Assembly: GCA_902558375.1 (NCBI GenBank)
Contig: CACEDQ010000006.1
Location: forward strand, 634 to 64,633
Length of the DNA stretch: 64,000 bases
Reading direction: 5' to 3'
Source of the DNA: an uncultured SAR86 cluster bacterium
GTDB taxonomy: Bacteria; Pseudomonadota; Gammaproteobacteria; Magnimaribacterales; D2472
The notes beneath the pieces are model-generated. The model was not told where the DNA came from, did no database searches, and saw nothing but the letters and a program-made list of their open reading frames with translations. This document shows, in pieces, positions 10,120 through 20,548 of this stretch. Each line of letters starts with the position of its first letter. Within the stretch, counting starts at the first letter, position 1. The translations under genes and the position numbers were made by a program.

Positions 10120-11550
10120 TTATTTTAATAATCTTTTTAATAAATTCTCTATGCTTTTGGTATAAGGTGGTCTTATATCATCAAAAAGCTTATCAAATTT
10201 AAAGCCCACATCTTTATAAAAAGCTCTTGGGTTTGAAAAGTTTTTAAAACCATCAAAAGATTGATATCTGCCCATACCTGATGGCCCAACCCCACCAAAA
10301 GGTAAGTCTTTTTGTTGAATATGGCCTACGACATTATTGATAGTTACGCCACCTGAAGAAGTTTTTGACATTATTTTTTCTTCTTCATGTTTATCATTAC
10401 CAAAGTAATATAATCCTAATGGTCTATCTTTAGAATTAATAGTTGAAAGAGCATCGTCTAAGTCTTCATATTCTAGAACTGGCAAGACAGGACCAAATAT
10501 TTCTTCTTGCATTATTTTCATATCATCAGTGGTATTAGTAACTAATGTAGGAGGTATTTTATAAAACTGTTGTTGAGAAAAGTCTTCATTAGAAGGGTTA
10601 ATTTCTTTAACATCAGCTCCTTTTTGCTTTGCATCTTCAACCAAAGAGTTGATTCTATCAAAATGCCTTTGATTAATAATTGATGAGTAATCCTCATTAT
10701 CTTTCATAGATGGGTAGTATTCGTTAATAGCATTTTCTACCTCACTAATGAATTCATCTTTCTTTTCTTTATGAACAATTACATAATCTGGCGCTAAACA
10801 AATTTGACCAGCATTAAGTGTTTTACCGAACATAATTCTTTTTGCAGAAACTTTCATATCTGCTGAGTTACCTATTACAACTGGAGATTTACCACCTAAT
10901 TCAAGTGTAACCGGAACAAGATTTTGAGATGCTGATTGCATAACATGTTTTCCTATATTTCCTGAACCCGTATAAAGAAGATGATCAAAATGTAATTTTG
11001 TAAATGCTTCACCAACCTCAGGACCACCTAAGAAAGTAGCAAACTCATTTTCATCATAAGCTTTATCACAAAGGTCTTTAATTAATGATGCCGTAATAGG
11101 TGTTAATTCGCTTGGTTTATGCATAACCTGATTTCCTGCCGCAAAGATTGCTGCCAGTGGTCCAAAAGATAGATTAACTGGAAAATTCCATGGAGATATC
11201 ATGCCGACAGTGCCTAAAGGTTCATATTTAACGTAGGATTTAGCTCCAAATAAACCAAATGGAAAATTTGATGAACGTTTCTCAGTTTTAGTCCATTTTT
11301 TAATATTTTTAATTGCATTATTAATATCAGGAATGATGCTGTAGGCATCTGTCATTATGGATGTATTTTTTGATCTGTTCCCATAATCTTCATTTAATGC
11401 GTCAACAAAATCATAACGATTTTCAATAATTAAACTCTTCAAACGATTCAATCTATCAACCCTAAGATCGATTGAGGGAGCACCTTCATCAATAAAGAAT
11501 TTCTTTTGTGATTCAAGAACTCTTTGCATTTCATTTATATTGTTTTCCAT
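10120..11550 (-). CDS. NAD(P)+-dependent aldehyde dehydrogenase (ALDH3/coniferyl-aldehyde-DH-like)
   Basis: Contains 'ELGGKSP' (catalytic Glu) and 'GQICLAPDY' (catalytic Cys). Length is 476 aa. Confidence 0.85.
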   Translation of the reverse strand: MENNINEMQRVLESQKKFFIDEGAPSIDLRVDRLNRLKSLIIENRYDFVDALNEDYGNRSKNTSIMTDAYSIIPDINNAIKNIKKWTKTEKRSSNFPFGLFGAKSYVKYEPLGTVGMISPWNFPVNLSFGPLAAIFAAGNQVMHKPSELTPITASLIKDLCDKAYDENEFATFLGGPEVGEAFTKLHFDHLLYTGSGNIGKHVMQSASQNLVPVTLELGGKSPVVIGNSADMKVSAKRIMFGKTLNAGQICLAPDYVIVHKEKKDEFISEVENAINEYYPSMKDNEDYSSIINQRHFDRINSLVEDAKQKGADVKEINPSNEDFSQQQFYKIPPTLVTNTTDDMKIMQEEIFGPVLPVLEYEDLDDALSTINSKDRPLGLYYFGNDKHEEEKIMSKTSSGGVTINNVVGHIQQKDLPFGGVGPSGMGRYQSFDGFKNFSNPRAFYKDVGFKFDKLFDDIRPPYTKSIENLLKRLLK

Positions 11551-11558
11551 AATACCCC

Positions 11559-12443
11559 CTAGCTTCTATCAGCTTTGTCTTTCTTATTAGATGACCTTAT
11601 CATAGCTCTTAACTGTTCCCAATCTTCTTCAGTGACTTTATCAAGGTTTGAGAATGTTCCTCCACCAGTTAAATACTGAGCGCCATCGATAGCTATCGTT
11701 TGACCGGTAAGATAATCGCACCCATCTGCCATTAAAAAGGTTGCCAAATTTTGCAACTCATTCATTTCACCAAGCCTGCCAACAGGAACAGAACCCATAA
11801 AATCAGAGTCATTATCACCACCAGGGTTGAGTCTATCCCATGCTCCTTTTGTTGGAAACGGGCCGGGGGCAATAGCATTAACTTTTATTCCATATTTACC
11901 CCACTCCGCTGCTAATGATTGGGTCATAGCATGCAGTCCTGATTTAGACATTGCGGATGGAACAACATATGGAGAACCAGTCCAAACCCATGTGGTTAAT
12001 ATTGAAATAATAGAGCCTTTAATTTTTTGTTCTATCCATCTTTTACCAACAGAATGAGTTATATAAAAAGTACCATGAAAGACTATATTAGCAATAGCAT
12101 CAAAACCTTTGTGAGATAAATCTTTAGTTGGAGATATAAAGTTACCTGCAGCATTATTAACTAATCCATCTAGCGGAGCTTCTTGAAATATTCTATCTAT
12201 ATAGCCCTCAACATCTGCTGAAGACCTGATATCAAGGGTTTCGTATGTAACATTGACACCATATTTATCTTCAATTTCAGTGGCAGTATCTTTTAGGACA
12301 TTTTCTCGTCTTCCACATATATATAAATCTGCCCCATGTTGGCCATAATGAGAGGCCATTTCCTTTCCAAGACCTGTGCCTCCACCAGTAACAAGAATTC
12401 TTTTGCCTTTTAAAAGATTATCTTTAAACATTATTATCTCCAA
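11559..12443 (-). CDS. SDR family oxidoreductase (2,4-dienoyl-CoA reductase-like)
   Basis: Contains a Rossmann motif 'VTGGGTGLG' and 'NNAAGNF'. The start may instead be the ATG at 12431. Either start overlaps the hemH 3' end. Confidence 0.8.
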   Translation of the reverse strand: MEIIMFKDNLLKGKRILVTGGGTGLGKEMASHYGQHGADLYICGRRENVLKDTATEIEDKYGVNVTYETLDIRSSADVEGYIDRIFQEAPLDGLVNNAAGNFISPTKDLSHKGFDAIANIVFHGTFYITHSVGKRWIEQKIKGSIISILTTWVWTGSPYVVPSAMSKSGLHAMTQSLAAEWGKYGIKVNAIAPGPFPTKGAWDRLNPGGDNDSDFMGSVPVGRLGEMNELQNLATFLMADGCDYLTGQTIAIDGAQYLTGGGTFSNLDKVTEEDWEQLRAMIRSSNKKDKADRS

Positions 12444-13440
12444 GGTTGGCTATATCTATTAATGATTCTGCCCACATATCAGAATAATTAAGTGATGGTA
12501 CATAATCAAGAACCTCGCCACCAGCATCTATAAATAACTCTTTGTATTCATCACCTATCTCAAAAATAGTTTCTAGGCAATCAGCTGTAAATGCTGGAGA
12601 AAATACTAGGACTTTTTTTTGATTCATTGAGGGTAGCAACTCTAGAACCTTATCACTAAAGGGATCAAGCCACTTATTAGTTAGTCTTGATTGAAATGTT
12701 ACTTCATATTTTGATGTATCTAAATTTAATTTATTAGCAATAAGTTTAGTTGTTTCGTATACAGTAGCTTTGTAACAAAATTTATTCTTTTCAGTAATGC
12801 CTAACTCGCAGTCATTATCAGAACATAAACCATCATCATAAACTTTATCAACATGACTATTAGGAACGCCGTGATAGCTAAAAATAACCTTATCATATGA
12901 GTTTACATCAAATTTTTTTGCTTTATCGACCCATGCATCAATAAATAATGGATTGTCATAAAATTGATTAATAAATGTAACTTTAGGCACTACCCATTTT
13001 TTACCAAGACATCTAGATACTTCTTTATAAACAGAACCTGTGGTTGCTGCTGCATAATGCGGAAACAAGGGTAAAACTATTATTTCATCTGGATTATCTA
13101 GGAGGATTTCGTCTAAAACGTTTTTAATAGACGGTGATTGATAACGCATTGCATACCTGACATTAATATTAGGTAATTTTTCTGATAAAACTCTAGTCAA
13201 TTCTTGTGTATTATGAAGTAATGGCGAACCATACTCACTATTCCAGACTTTTTTATATATCTTTGACGAACTAAATGATCTAAAAGGACAGATTATAAAA
13301 TTTACAAGAAAAAATCTAAGTATTGGGTTGATATCTATAACCTTTTCATCAGACAAAAACTCTCTTAGATATTTAAAAACGTTCCAGTAGGACGGGCTAT
13401 CAGGAGTTCCAAGATTAATTAATAATAATGTTTTTTTCAT
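12424..13440 (-). CDS. hemH: Ferrochelatase
   Basis: Contains 'LLLINLGTPDSP', 'FSYHGVP' and 'FQSRLTNKWLDP'. Length is 338 aa. Confidence 0.9.
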   Translation of the reverse strand: MKKTLLLINLGTPDSPSYWNVFKYLREFLSDEKVIDINPILRFFLVNFIICPFRSFSSSKIYKKVWNSEYGSPLLHNTQELTRVLSEKLPNINVRYAMRYQSPSIKNVLDEILLDNPDEIIVLPLFPHYAAATTGSVYKEVSRCLGKKWVVPKVTFINQFYDNPLFIDAWVDKAKKFDVNSYDKVIFSYHGVPNSHVDKVYDDGLCSDNDCELGITEKNKFCYKATVYETTKLIANKLNLDTSKYEVTFQSRLTNKWLDPFSDKVLELLPSMNQKKVLVFSPAFTADCLETIFEIGDEYKELFIDAGGEVLDYVPSLNYSDMWAESLIDIANLGDNNV

Positions 13441-13441
13441 T

Positions 13442-14629
13442 CTATCTATTTGTTTTAAGAACAGGATTAGTAATTATAAATATAAAGCATATTAAACACA
13501 GTATCGATGAAAAATAATATAAAAAAGCTGGATTCAATGCATATATTGGCATTGCAAGAACTGGAGTTAATATATGTCCAATTGGATATACAGATCCTAA
13601 ATATCCTGCAACAGAGCCTTGGTGTTCTGGAGACTGTGCTAATGATAATGAGGATGATATAGCTGGGCGCAGTAATCCACCACCCAATCCATTAATTATT
13701 ATTGCTAAATAATAAACTGAAAGCTTAGGATATAAGGCCATAACTATATACGAAAAAGTTAATAATAAAATACCGTATATCAATAGTTTATTGTTAGATA
13801 ATGGAAATGCATCTGTAAATAGATATTGACTCATTATTGTAGAAATAGACAACAAAACAAAAGTCATACTTATAAGAACTGGTAAGTCCTCAATATCAGG
13901 AAATGTATCAAATAAATAGAATCCAATGGTTTGAATCAGCGATGCTAAACATAAGCTTGATATAGATGCAATAAATAAAAAAGGCCAGACAGTTTTTGAT
14001 TTCCATGAAACTTTTTGTATTAGATTTTCTTGATTTATTTCTGTTGTAGGTTTGTTTTCAATATTTTTATAAATTCCAATAGATGCTATGAGGCCCAATA
14101 TACTAAAAATATAAAATGGAGTTTCTTTCGAGATCAAAATTAAAAAACCTCCTATTAACGGTCCTGCAACAGTACCAATCAAAAAACTCGACTCTAATCT
14201 AGCAAACTTAACAGTTCTTTTATCTTTTGATGAGGTATCAGCTACATAAGCAAAAGATGCTGGTCTAGTAGCAGAACCTAATAATCCATTAAGCATTCGA
14301 CCAAAAACTAATAAAGGAAACAGAAAAATTAAATCTAGTAAATTTTTTTCGACTAAAAATAATGGAGTAATCATTGCTATCAAAGATGCTGAATAACCAA
14401 GAAGTCCGAGAATAGCAATATTTCTTCTTCCGTATTTATCACTAGCCCTGCCCCATGCAGCACTTGTTAAGGCCCAGCCGATTGCTGAAAATGCAAATAT
14501 TGAAGATGTTTGCACCTCTGATAAACCAAGCTCTCTTGCCAATGGTGGAACTATTACAAATACAAATGATTGACCTAATCCAACTGTAAATAGACCAAAT
14601 TTAAGCCATGAGGAACCATAATTTTTCAT
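13442..14629 (-). CDS. MFS transporter
   Basis: 12-TM profile with the MFS loop motif 'GRASDKYGRR'. Length is 395 aa. Confidence 0.8.
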   Translation of the reverse strand: MKNYGSSWLKFGLFTVGLGQSFVFVIVPPLARELGLSEVQTSSIFAFSAIGWALTSAAWGRASDKYGRRNIAILGLLGYSASLIAMITPLFLVEKNLLDLIFLFPLLVFGRMLNGLLGSATRPASFAYVADTSSKDKRTVKFARLESSFLIGTVAGPLIGGFLILISKETPFYIFSILGLIASIGIYKNIENKPTTEINQENLIQKVSWKSKTVWPFLFIASISSLCLASLIQTIGFYLFDTFPDIEDLPVLISMTFVLLSISTIMSQYLFTDAFPLSNNKLLIYGILLLTFSYIVMALYPKLSVYYLAIIINGLGGGLLRPAISSSLSLAQSPEHQGSVAGYLGSVYPIGHILTPVLAMPIYALNPAFLYYFSSILCLICFIFIITNPVLKTNR

Positions 14630-15621
14630 TAAAATATTTTTTTAATGCCTATACTATCTCTTATTCCAGAAAGCATTTCCTGGGCTATTGGCCTTACTTT
14701 ATTTGAACCTTCGCTTAATAAATCATTTAATAGATTCTTATCATTTATTAAAGATTCATATTTTTCTCTTATAGGTAACATTTCATCATTAACAATATTA
14801 AATAATTTATTTTTTGCATCTCCCCAGCTAATGCCGTCGTTATAATCATCTTCAAATTCTTTAAGCATTTCTTCTGAAGCAAAATATTTGTATAGTTTAA
14901 AAACTGTGCAGTTTGATGGGTCTTTTGGTTCTCCAGGTTCAAGTGAATTGGTTACGATCTTTGCAATAGCTTTTTTTAATTGCTTTTCGGATGATAACAA
15001 GGGAATTATATTTCCATATGACTTTGACATTTTTTGTCCATCAGTTCCGGGTACAGTATCTTTTTTTGATTGAATAATAGCCTCAGGTAATTCAAAGGTT
15101 TTTTTATAAATATGATTAAATCTAGCCGCAATGTCTCTAGTCATTTCGAGATGTTGAATTTGATCTGCACCAACTGGAACATGGGTTGCATTGAACATTA
15201 AAATGTCAGCTGCCATCAAGACAGGATATGAAAATAAACCCATTGTAATGCCCTTATCTTCATCGCTAGTATTATTCGCTGTAGCAGCTTTATAGGCATG
15301 AGATCTATTCATCAATCCTTTAGCTGTAATACAATTTAATATCCAACTTAGTTCAAGAATTTCTGGTATATCGGACTGTCTGTAGAAAAATGATTTGTTA
15401 GTGTCTAGTCCTGAAGCTAACCATGCTAAAGCTACATTTTTTACTGACTCAGAAACTTCTTTATCATCAGAATTTTTTATAATTGCATGATAATCTGCTA
15501 AAAAATAAAATGATTCATCATAATTTTTAGCTTGTTTAAGTGCGGGTTTAATTGCTCCTAAATAATTTCCAATATGAGGAGTACCAGTTGTCGTAATACC
15601 TGTTAGAATTCGTTTTTTCAT
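14629..15621 (-). CDS. trpS: Tryptophan--tRNA ligase
   Basis: Class I motifs 'TPHIGNYLG' (HIGH) and 'KMSKS'. Length is 330 aa. Confidence 0.95.
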   Translation of the reverse strand: MKKRILTGITTTGTPHIGNYLGAIKPALKQAKNYDESFYFLADYHAIIKNSDDKEVSESVKNVALAWLASGLDTNKSFFYRQSDIPEILELSWILNCITAKGLMNRSHAYKAATANNTSDEDKGITMGLFSYPVLMAADILMFNATHVPVGADQIQHLEMTRDIAARFNHIYKKTFELPEAIIQSKKDTVPGTDGQKMSKSYGNIIPLLSSEKQLKKAIAKIVTNSLEPGEPKDPSNCTVFKLYKYFASEEMLKEFEDDYNDGISWGDAKNKLFNIVNDEMLPIREKYESLINDKNLLNDLLSEGSNKVRPIAQEMLSGIRDSIGIKKIF

Positions 15622-15654
15622 TTGTTATAATTATAAACTTCAAAAGAGATTAAT

Positions 15655-17073
15655 GTGAAAACAAGTCAAGATTTATTTAAACAGTTAGATGAAGCAGAAG
15701 CTTTATTTTCTAATGGCGCTATTAAAAATGCTCAAAAAAAGGTACGTGAAGTTATTTCAAAATCTAAAGAGCTCGATAAAGTTCCTAACAAATTAAGACA
15801 TAAACTTAATTTTGCAATTGGTCAATCAAGATATTTTGATGATATGTCATCATTTGCCACTAACCCAAAACGAGAAGAGTTAATAAATGAGATATCTAAA
15901 CTTATCGAAACGCCGTTAGAAAGCCCAAAGAAACAAGCTCATATGATTCATGATATTCAAACAAAATGGCAACTTCTTGATTTATCCAGCAGACCCGCGT
16001 CAAAAGAACAGTGGAATAGATTTAACGAAATAACAAACAAAGCATGGGAGCCATGCAGTGAATACTTTGATGAACTTAAACAAATAAAGATAAATAATGC
16101 TGAGCAAAGAATGGAGATAATTAATAATATTAATCAATATGTTCAAAATAACTCATCAAATTGGCCTCAACCTAAATTTCTAATACAGTTTTTAAGACAA
16201 TCATTTGATGAATGGCAAAAATATGCACCAGTTTTAGATAAAGATCTCAATAAATTAAGAAATGCTTATTTTGATGCTAAAAAACCAATCAACGATGCTA
16301 TTAAAAAGCAAGAACAAATTGTTATAAAAGCAAAGGAAGCCTTAATTTTAAAAGTTGAAGCCATATCCGATGAAGACAATGATCTATGTATTAAAAAATT
16401 TAATGATTTAAAAAATGAATGGAAAAAAGCAGGCTCAGCTGGAAGAAAAGCTGATAATAAATTATGGGATAAATTTAATAAATCAGCAGATAGATTTTTT
16501 ACTGCAAAAAAAGAAGTCATTGATGATGAGATAGCAAAAGCTAATAATCTATTAGAACAGCTTCAAAACAATGAAATAACTTTAAATGAAACTACTAAAG
16601 CTCTCAGTGAACTTAAGAATATATCAAAGACAAAAGAATATACCTTGATACAAAAACATATAAAGAATATAAAGAAAGAGCAAGCAGCTATTCAAAAGAA
16701 AGATAAGATTGATTCATATTTAAGCCTGCTTGATGCTTTTTTAAAAGGAGAGTTAGATATAAATAAATCCCCTTCTTCATTAAAAAATAAAATTAATAAA
16801 GAACCAATTAAAAAGTCTAATACAGAAGCTTTAATCTATTCTTGTGTAAAACTTGAAGCTCTTGCCGGTATTGATTCATTAAAAAAAGATGCTCAGCTTA
16901 GACAATCCATTCAAATGGAAATGCTCACCAATAAATTTAATAAGGTTGTTGATAATCTGAATTCAGTTGATGATTTATTAGTTCACTTTATTAACAACAT
17001 CTCAGCAAAGCCTACAGCAGCTGAGAAAACACTTTGGAAAAGAATTTCTAAATCAATAGAAAGCCTTATCTAG
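15655..17073 (+). CDS. DUF349 domain-containing protein (helical repeat protein), GTG start
   Basis: Repeated 'W.(R/K)FN...FF' helical units (for example 'EQWNRFNEITNKAWEP' and 'NKLWDKFNKSADRFFTAKKE') resemble DUF349 repeats. Confidence 0.6.
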   Translation: MKTSQDLFKQLDEAEALFSNGAIKNAQKKVREVISKSKELDKVPNKLRHKLNFAIGQSRYFDDMSSFATNPKREELINEISKLIETPLESPKKQAHMIHDIQTKWQLLDLSSRPASKEQWNRFNEITNKAWEPCSEYFDELKQIKINNAEQRMEIINNINQYVQNNSSNWPQPKFLIQFLRQSFDEWQKYAPVLDKDLNKLRNAYFDAKKPINDAIKKQEQIVIKAKEALILKVEAISDEDNDLCIKKFNDLKNEWKKAGSAGRKADNKLWDKFNKSADRFFTAKKEVIDDEIAKANNLLEQLQNNEITLNETTKALSELKNISKTKEYTLIQKHIKNIKKEQAAIQKKDKIDSYLSLLDAFLKGELDINKSPSSLKNKINKEPIKKSNTEALIYSCVKLEALAGIDSLKKDAQLRQSIQMEMLTNKFNKVVDNLNSVDDLLVHFINNISAKPTAAEKTLWKRISKSIESLI

Positions 17074-17077
17074 CATT

Positions 17078-18472
17078 TTAGGCTCTCTCATTGATCTGTC
17101 GGATAATCTCTGCGTGTCTTTTTTTATCAAGCGAATAAAAATAAAAAAATAGAATTGGTATTATTAGTAATATTGGGCCAATAACACCTTGCACAAAGAA
17201 TAATGAATAAGCTTGATCATAGGTAGGTGTTTCAGCAGTTATATTAAGAACCCATAGTGTTAATCCGCCAGTCAAAGAACCAATAGCAGTATTAACTTTC
17301 TGTACAAAAGAAACGGCTGAATATAAGACTCCTTCTTGTCTCTTACCGCTTTGCAGATCAACCTCATCTGCTATATCACCAATCATTGCATCCCTGGCCA
17401 TATTACCAGCAATACTTAAAGTTGATATAAAGATTAGTGGTACACATAAAAACAAAACTAATGCTGTAGTACCTTTTTCTGGAGTTAATCCTAAATTATA
17501 TGAAATAAAAGCAATTGGCGCTGCTAAGGCTACACCTGAGACACATATCAATACAAAATTTCTTTTCCCAATTAATGAGACCAATTTTGGAGTTATGTAA
17601 AATGCTAAAAAAGCAGCTCCAAAATAAATATATAAAAATATGCCAATTTGACTACCTTTTAGTCCCCAGAAATCCGTATTTATGAATAAAGTTAAGCTAT
17701 TTAATAATCCCCATGAAATAGATAAAGTTAAGCTACCAAGAAAGAACAAAATAAAAGACCTATTTGATATAGCTATTTTTAATTCTTTTAGTATTTGCTT
17801 AAGGGTAACTGCTTCAGTCCATTTCGAGAGATCCTCGATTTTATTTGTAGTTGATATGGATGAATATAACAAGGATAAAATCATAAAAATTGCACCCGTT
17901 AATGCCAAAGGAAAATAAGCTTCTGGATTTAATTGACCATAAGGATATTCTGGCGTAGATTTAAAGAAAACATTATAAGCAAGGAATGCATTACAAATTC
18001 CTGCCACCCATGCAAACATTTCTCTCCATGAAAAAAGCTTTGTTCTTTCTAAATAATCCTTTGTTATTTCTGCACCAAATGATCTATGCGGTACCTCAAA
18101 AAGTGTCATCCCTATTCTTGTAAAGCTAGCGCATATAAACATCCACCAAAATAATTGATTTTGAGATATATCCCAATCAGGTTTGGGTGTGAATAAAAGT
18201 ATATAAAATATTGATACTGGTACGAATGAGGCAAGCATATATGGATGTCTTCTGCCTAATTTACTATTAGTTCTATCTGATATAGTTCCCATTAATGGGT
18301 CCGTAATAGAATCAACAATCAAAGCCGCTCCTATTGCAAGTGAAGCTAACAGAGGATCTAATCCAATAACTCTTGAATAGAAGAATAGTAAAAAGAAGGT
18401 AAACATATCTGTTTTAATACCGTTAGCAATGGCACCAGCTGAATACTGAAACTTAAAGTGATTGGATAACAT
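17078..18472 (-). CDS. MFS transporter, GPH (glycoside-pentoside-hexuronide/MelB-like) family
   Basis: 464 aa with 12 TM helices. The segment 'DPLMGTISDRTNSKLGRRHPY' is typical of GPH symporters. Confidence 0.75.
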   Translation of the reverse strand: MLSNHFKFQYSAGAIANGIKTDMFTFFLLFFYSRVIGLDPLLASLAIGAALIVDSITDPLMGTISDRTNSKLGRRHPYMLASFVPVSIFYILLFTPKPDWDISQNQLFWWMFICASFTRIGMTLFEVPHRSFGAEITKDYLERTKLFSWREMFAWVAGICNAFLAYNVFFKSTPEYPYGQLNPEAYFPLALTGAIFMILSLLYSSISTTNKIEDLSKWTEAVTLKQILKELKIAISNRSFILFFLGSLTLSISWGLLNSLTLFINTDFWGLKGSQIGIFLYIYFGAAFLAFYITPKLVSLIGKRNFVLICVSGVALAAPIAFISYNLGLTPEKGTTALVLFLCVPLIFISTLSIAGNMARDAMIGDIADEVDLQSGKRQEGVLYSAVSFVQKVNTAIGSLTGGLTLWVLNITAETPTYDQAYSLFFVQGVIGPILLIIPILFFYFYSLDKKRHAEIIRQINERA

Positions 18473-19449
18473 TAAACACCCTTTAAATGTAGTAAAAGAT
18501 CATTTTTAAACAAATCAAAAACAGGCTCCTCTATTAAGTGTCTCATTTTTGGATATATTAACAAACTACTATTTTTGATATGTTTATTTGCTTTGTATGC
18601 ATTATTTACCTTTATCAAAGGATCTTCTTTACCATGAATAATTAATGTTTTTGCCTCTATAGATTTAACTTTATTAATTCTGTTTTTTGAGCCTAATATT
18701 GCCATTAATTGTCTACTAAAACCTGAATCATCTGGTCCTGCTCTATTAATGGATTCCACTGATTTGTCATAAAATTCTTTTGTATCCAAGTCATTATTTT
18801 CTAGTCCAATTAATTTAAAAATTCTTTTAGTTCTATTAATTCTTTCATCCATAGACGCTTCAGGATTATTCGATCTTTGCATTAACAGCTTCCTAACATC
18901 TCTTCTTGGGCCGTTGAAAGGACTAGGAGTTGAAACAGATGAAGCAATCAATGTAAATGTTTTAATTCTCTCAGGGTAATTAGCTGCAATAATCTGAGCA
19001 ATCATTCCACCCATTGATATACCTAATAAATGAGTCTTATCTATTTCTAGTTCATCTAAAATCAAAATAGAGTCATCAGCCATATCATCTAGGGTATATG
19101 GTGGATTTATAGGCAATCTTAGAAAATATTTAATATATGTTGTGCTTATTGTTTTTCCTTTATTTTCTGAGGTAAATAAGTCACTCTTTACTCTTGAAGA
19201 AAGGCCAGAATCTCTATTGTCAAAGACTATTGGCCTAAAACCATTTTCTATTAAAAAATCAATTATATGTTCTGGCCAATTAATAAGTTGGCCACCTAAC
19301 CCTTGAACTAGAAGAACAGGTTCTGCATTTTTAGGACCATAATCTCTGTATACAATTTTAATATCGTCGTTGTATATAAAACCTTCTTCAAATGATTGTA
19401 ATGATGAAATGAAAAATAAAGGTATTAAAAAAAATTTATAAAAATGCAT
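18472..19449 (-). CDS. Secreted alpha/beta hydrolase
   Basis: Signal peptide 'MHFYKFFLIPLFFISSLQS' and nucleophile elbow 'GISMGG'. A late His ('MRHLI') is also present. Confidence 0.8.
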   Translation of the reverse strand: MHFYKFFLIPLFFISSLQSFEEGFIYNDDIKIVYRDYGPKNAEPVLLVQGLGGQLINWPEHIIDFLIENGFRPIVFDNRDSGLSSRVKSDLFTSENKGKTISTTYIKYFLRLPINPPYTLDDMADDSILILDELEIDKTHLLGISMGGMIAQIIAANYPERIKTFTLIASSVSTPSPFNGPRRDVRKLLMQRSNNPEASMDERINRTKRIFKLIGLENNDLDTKEFYDKSVESINRAGPDDSGFSRQLMAILGSKNRINKVKSIEAKTLIIHGKEDPLIKVNNAYKANKHIKNSSLLIYPKMRHLIEEPVFDLFKNDLLLHLKGV

Positions 19450-20533
19450 TAATCCTGTCTTTAATATTCTGTCTTAAGCAACCCCAAAACAACATTACAT
19501 CATAACTATGCAAGTCACCTGTAAAATATTGGATTTTCTTCATACGCTCAATCAAAGGTCCTTTAGCCTCCAATAGACCATTTTGAGAATTCACTGATGT
19601 CGAAAAATCTTGCACACTGCTATATCTTAAACTTTTTTTACTACCGGAATGTTTTATCGATAACCTGTCTGCAAAATCATAATTAGGTGATTTTGTAATA
19701 ACAGCACTATGATAATCAGGTGGTTCTTGCCAATTTGAACTATCATTCCATGTAAAAGGATTAATTGAAAATATTTTTTGGTCCATGTATTGAATAGTCC
19801 AACCGGACGGTGTCCAAAAAATAGTTCTTACTCTTTGTCTTTTAAAACCCTCGACTACTGTTGACCAGGAAATAATACAATTTGTATCAGTTGATGATTT
19901 GGATTTTGGAATAGATGGAAACAGTTCATCATACATATTATCGGGAATAATATAACCAATAACGTAAGCGCATATCATTCTCTTTTGAAGTTGAGTTCCT
20001 TGAATATATTTAGATATTAACCTTTGAGCATGCAATGCTCCTTGACTGTGACTCATAATAATAAAAGGCTTATTATTATTAAAATTTTCAATAAAATAAT
20101 TAAATGAATTTAGGACATCTCTAAATGCTAGGTCATGCGCCATCATTCCATCTGAATTTTTAGCAAAATATGAATAATAAGTTGCTTGCCTATATTCTGG
20201 CGCATAAATATTACAACTTTCATTAAATGCTGAAACTTGATTTCCTAGCATCATTTCTGTTCTTTCATATGCAGCTCTATCTTTTTCCATGAAAGAATTC
20301 CATGTCTTTTCAAAAAAGCCTGTTGGATGTATGTAGAATACATCTACATCATTATTAGTTTTATTTAATAGTAATGATGAGTCTGGTAAATAAAACTGCT
20401 GCCCGTCTTTGTCTGGATATGCTGCCCAATTATTATAATTTGAGTAATCAGGTGCTTTAGGATGGTCTGTGTTTTCAAATGATTTTTCAGGTTTAATATA
20501 TTCTAAGAGTTTATCTAACTTTTCGTCATCCAT
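19436..20533 (-). CDS. DUF3089-like alpha/beta hydrolase (lipase-like), cytoplasmic
   Basis: Contains a 'SHSQG' nucleophile elbow and has no signal peptide. The DUF3089 family assignment is from memory. Confidence 0.6.
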   Translation of the reverse strand: MDDEKLDKLLEYIKPEKSFENTDHPKAPDYSNYNNWAAYPDKDGQQFYLPDSSLLLNKTNNDVDVFYIHPTGFFEKTWNSFMEKDRAAYERTEMMLGNQVSAFNESCNIYAPEYRQATYYSYFAKNSDGMMAHDLAFRDVLNSFNYFIENFNNNKPFIIMSHSQGALHAQRLISKYIQGTQLQKRMICAYVIGYIIPDNMYDELFPSIPKSKSSTDTNCIISWSTVVEGFKRQRVRTIFWTPSGWTIQYMDQKIFSINPFTWNDSSNWQEPPDYHSAVITKSPNYDFADRLSIKHSGSKKSLRYSSVQDFSTSVNSQNGLLEAKGPLIERMKKIQYFTGDLHSYDVMLFWGCLRQNIKDRINAFL

Positions 20534-20548
20534 AACAAAAAGTATATC

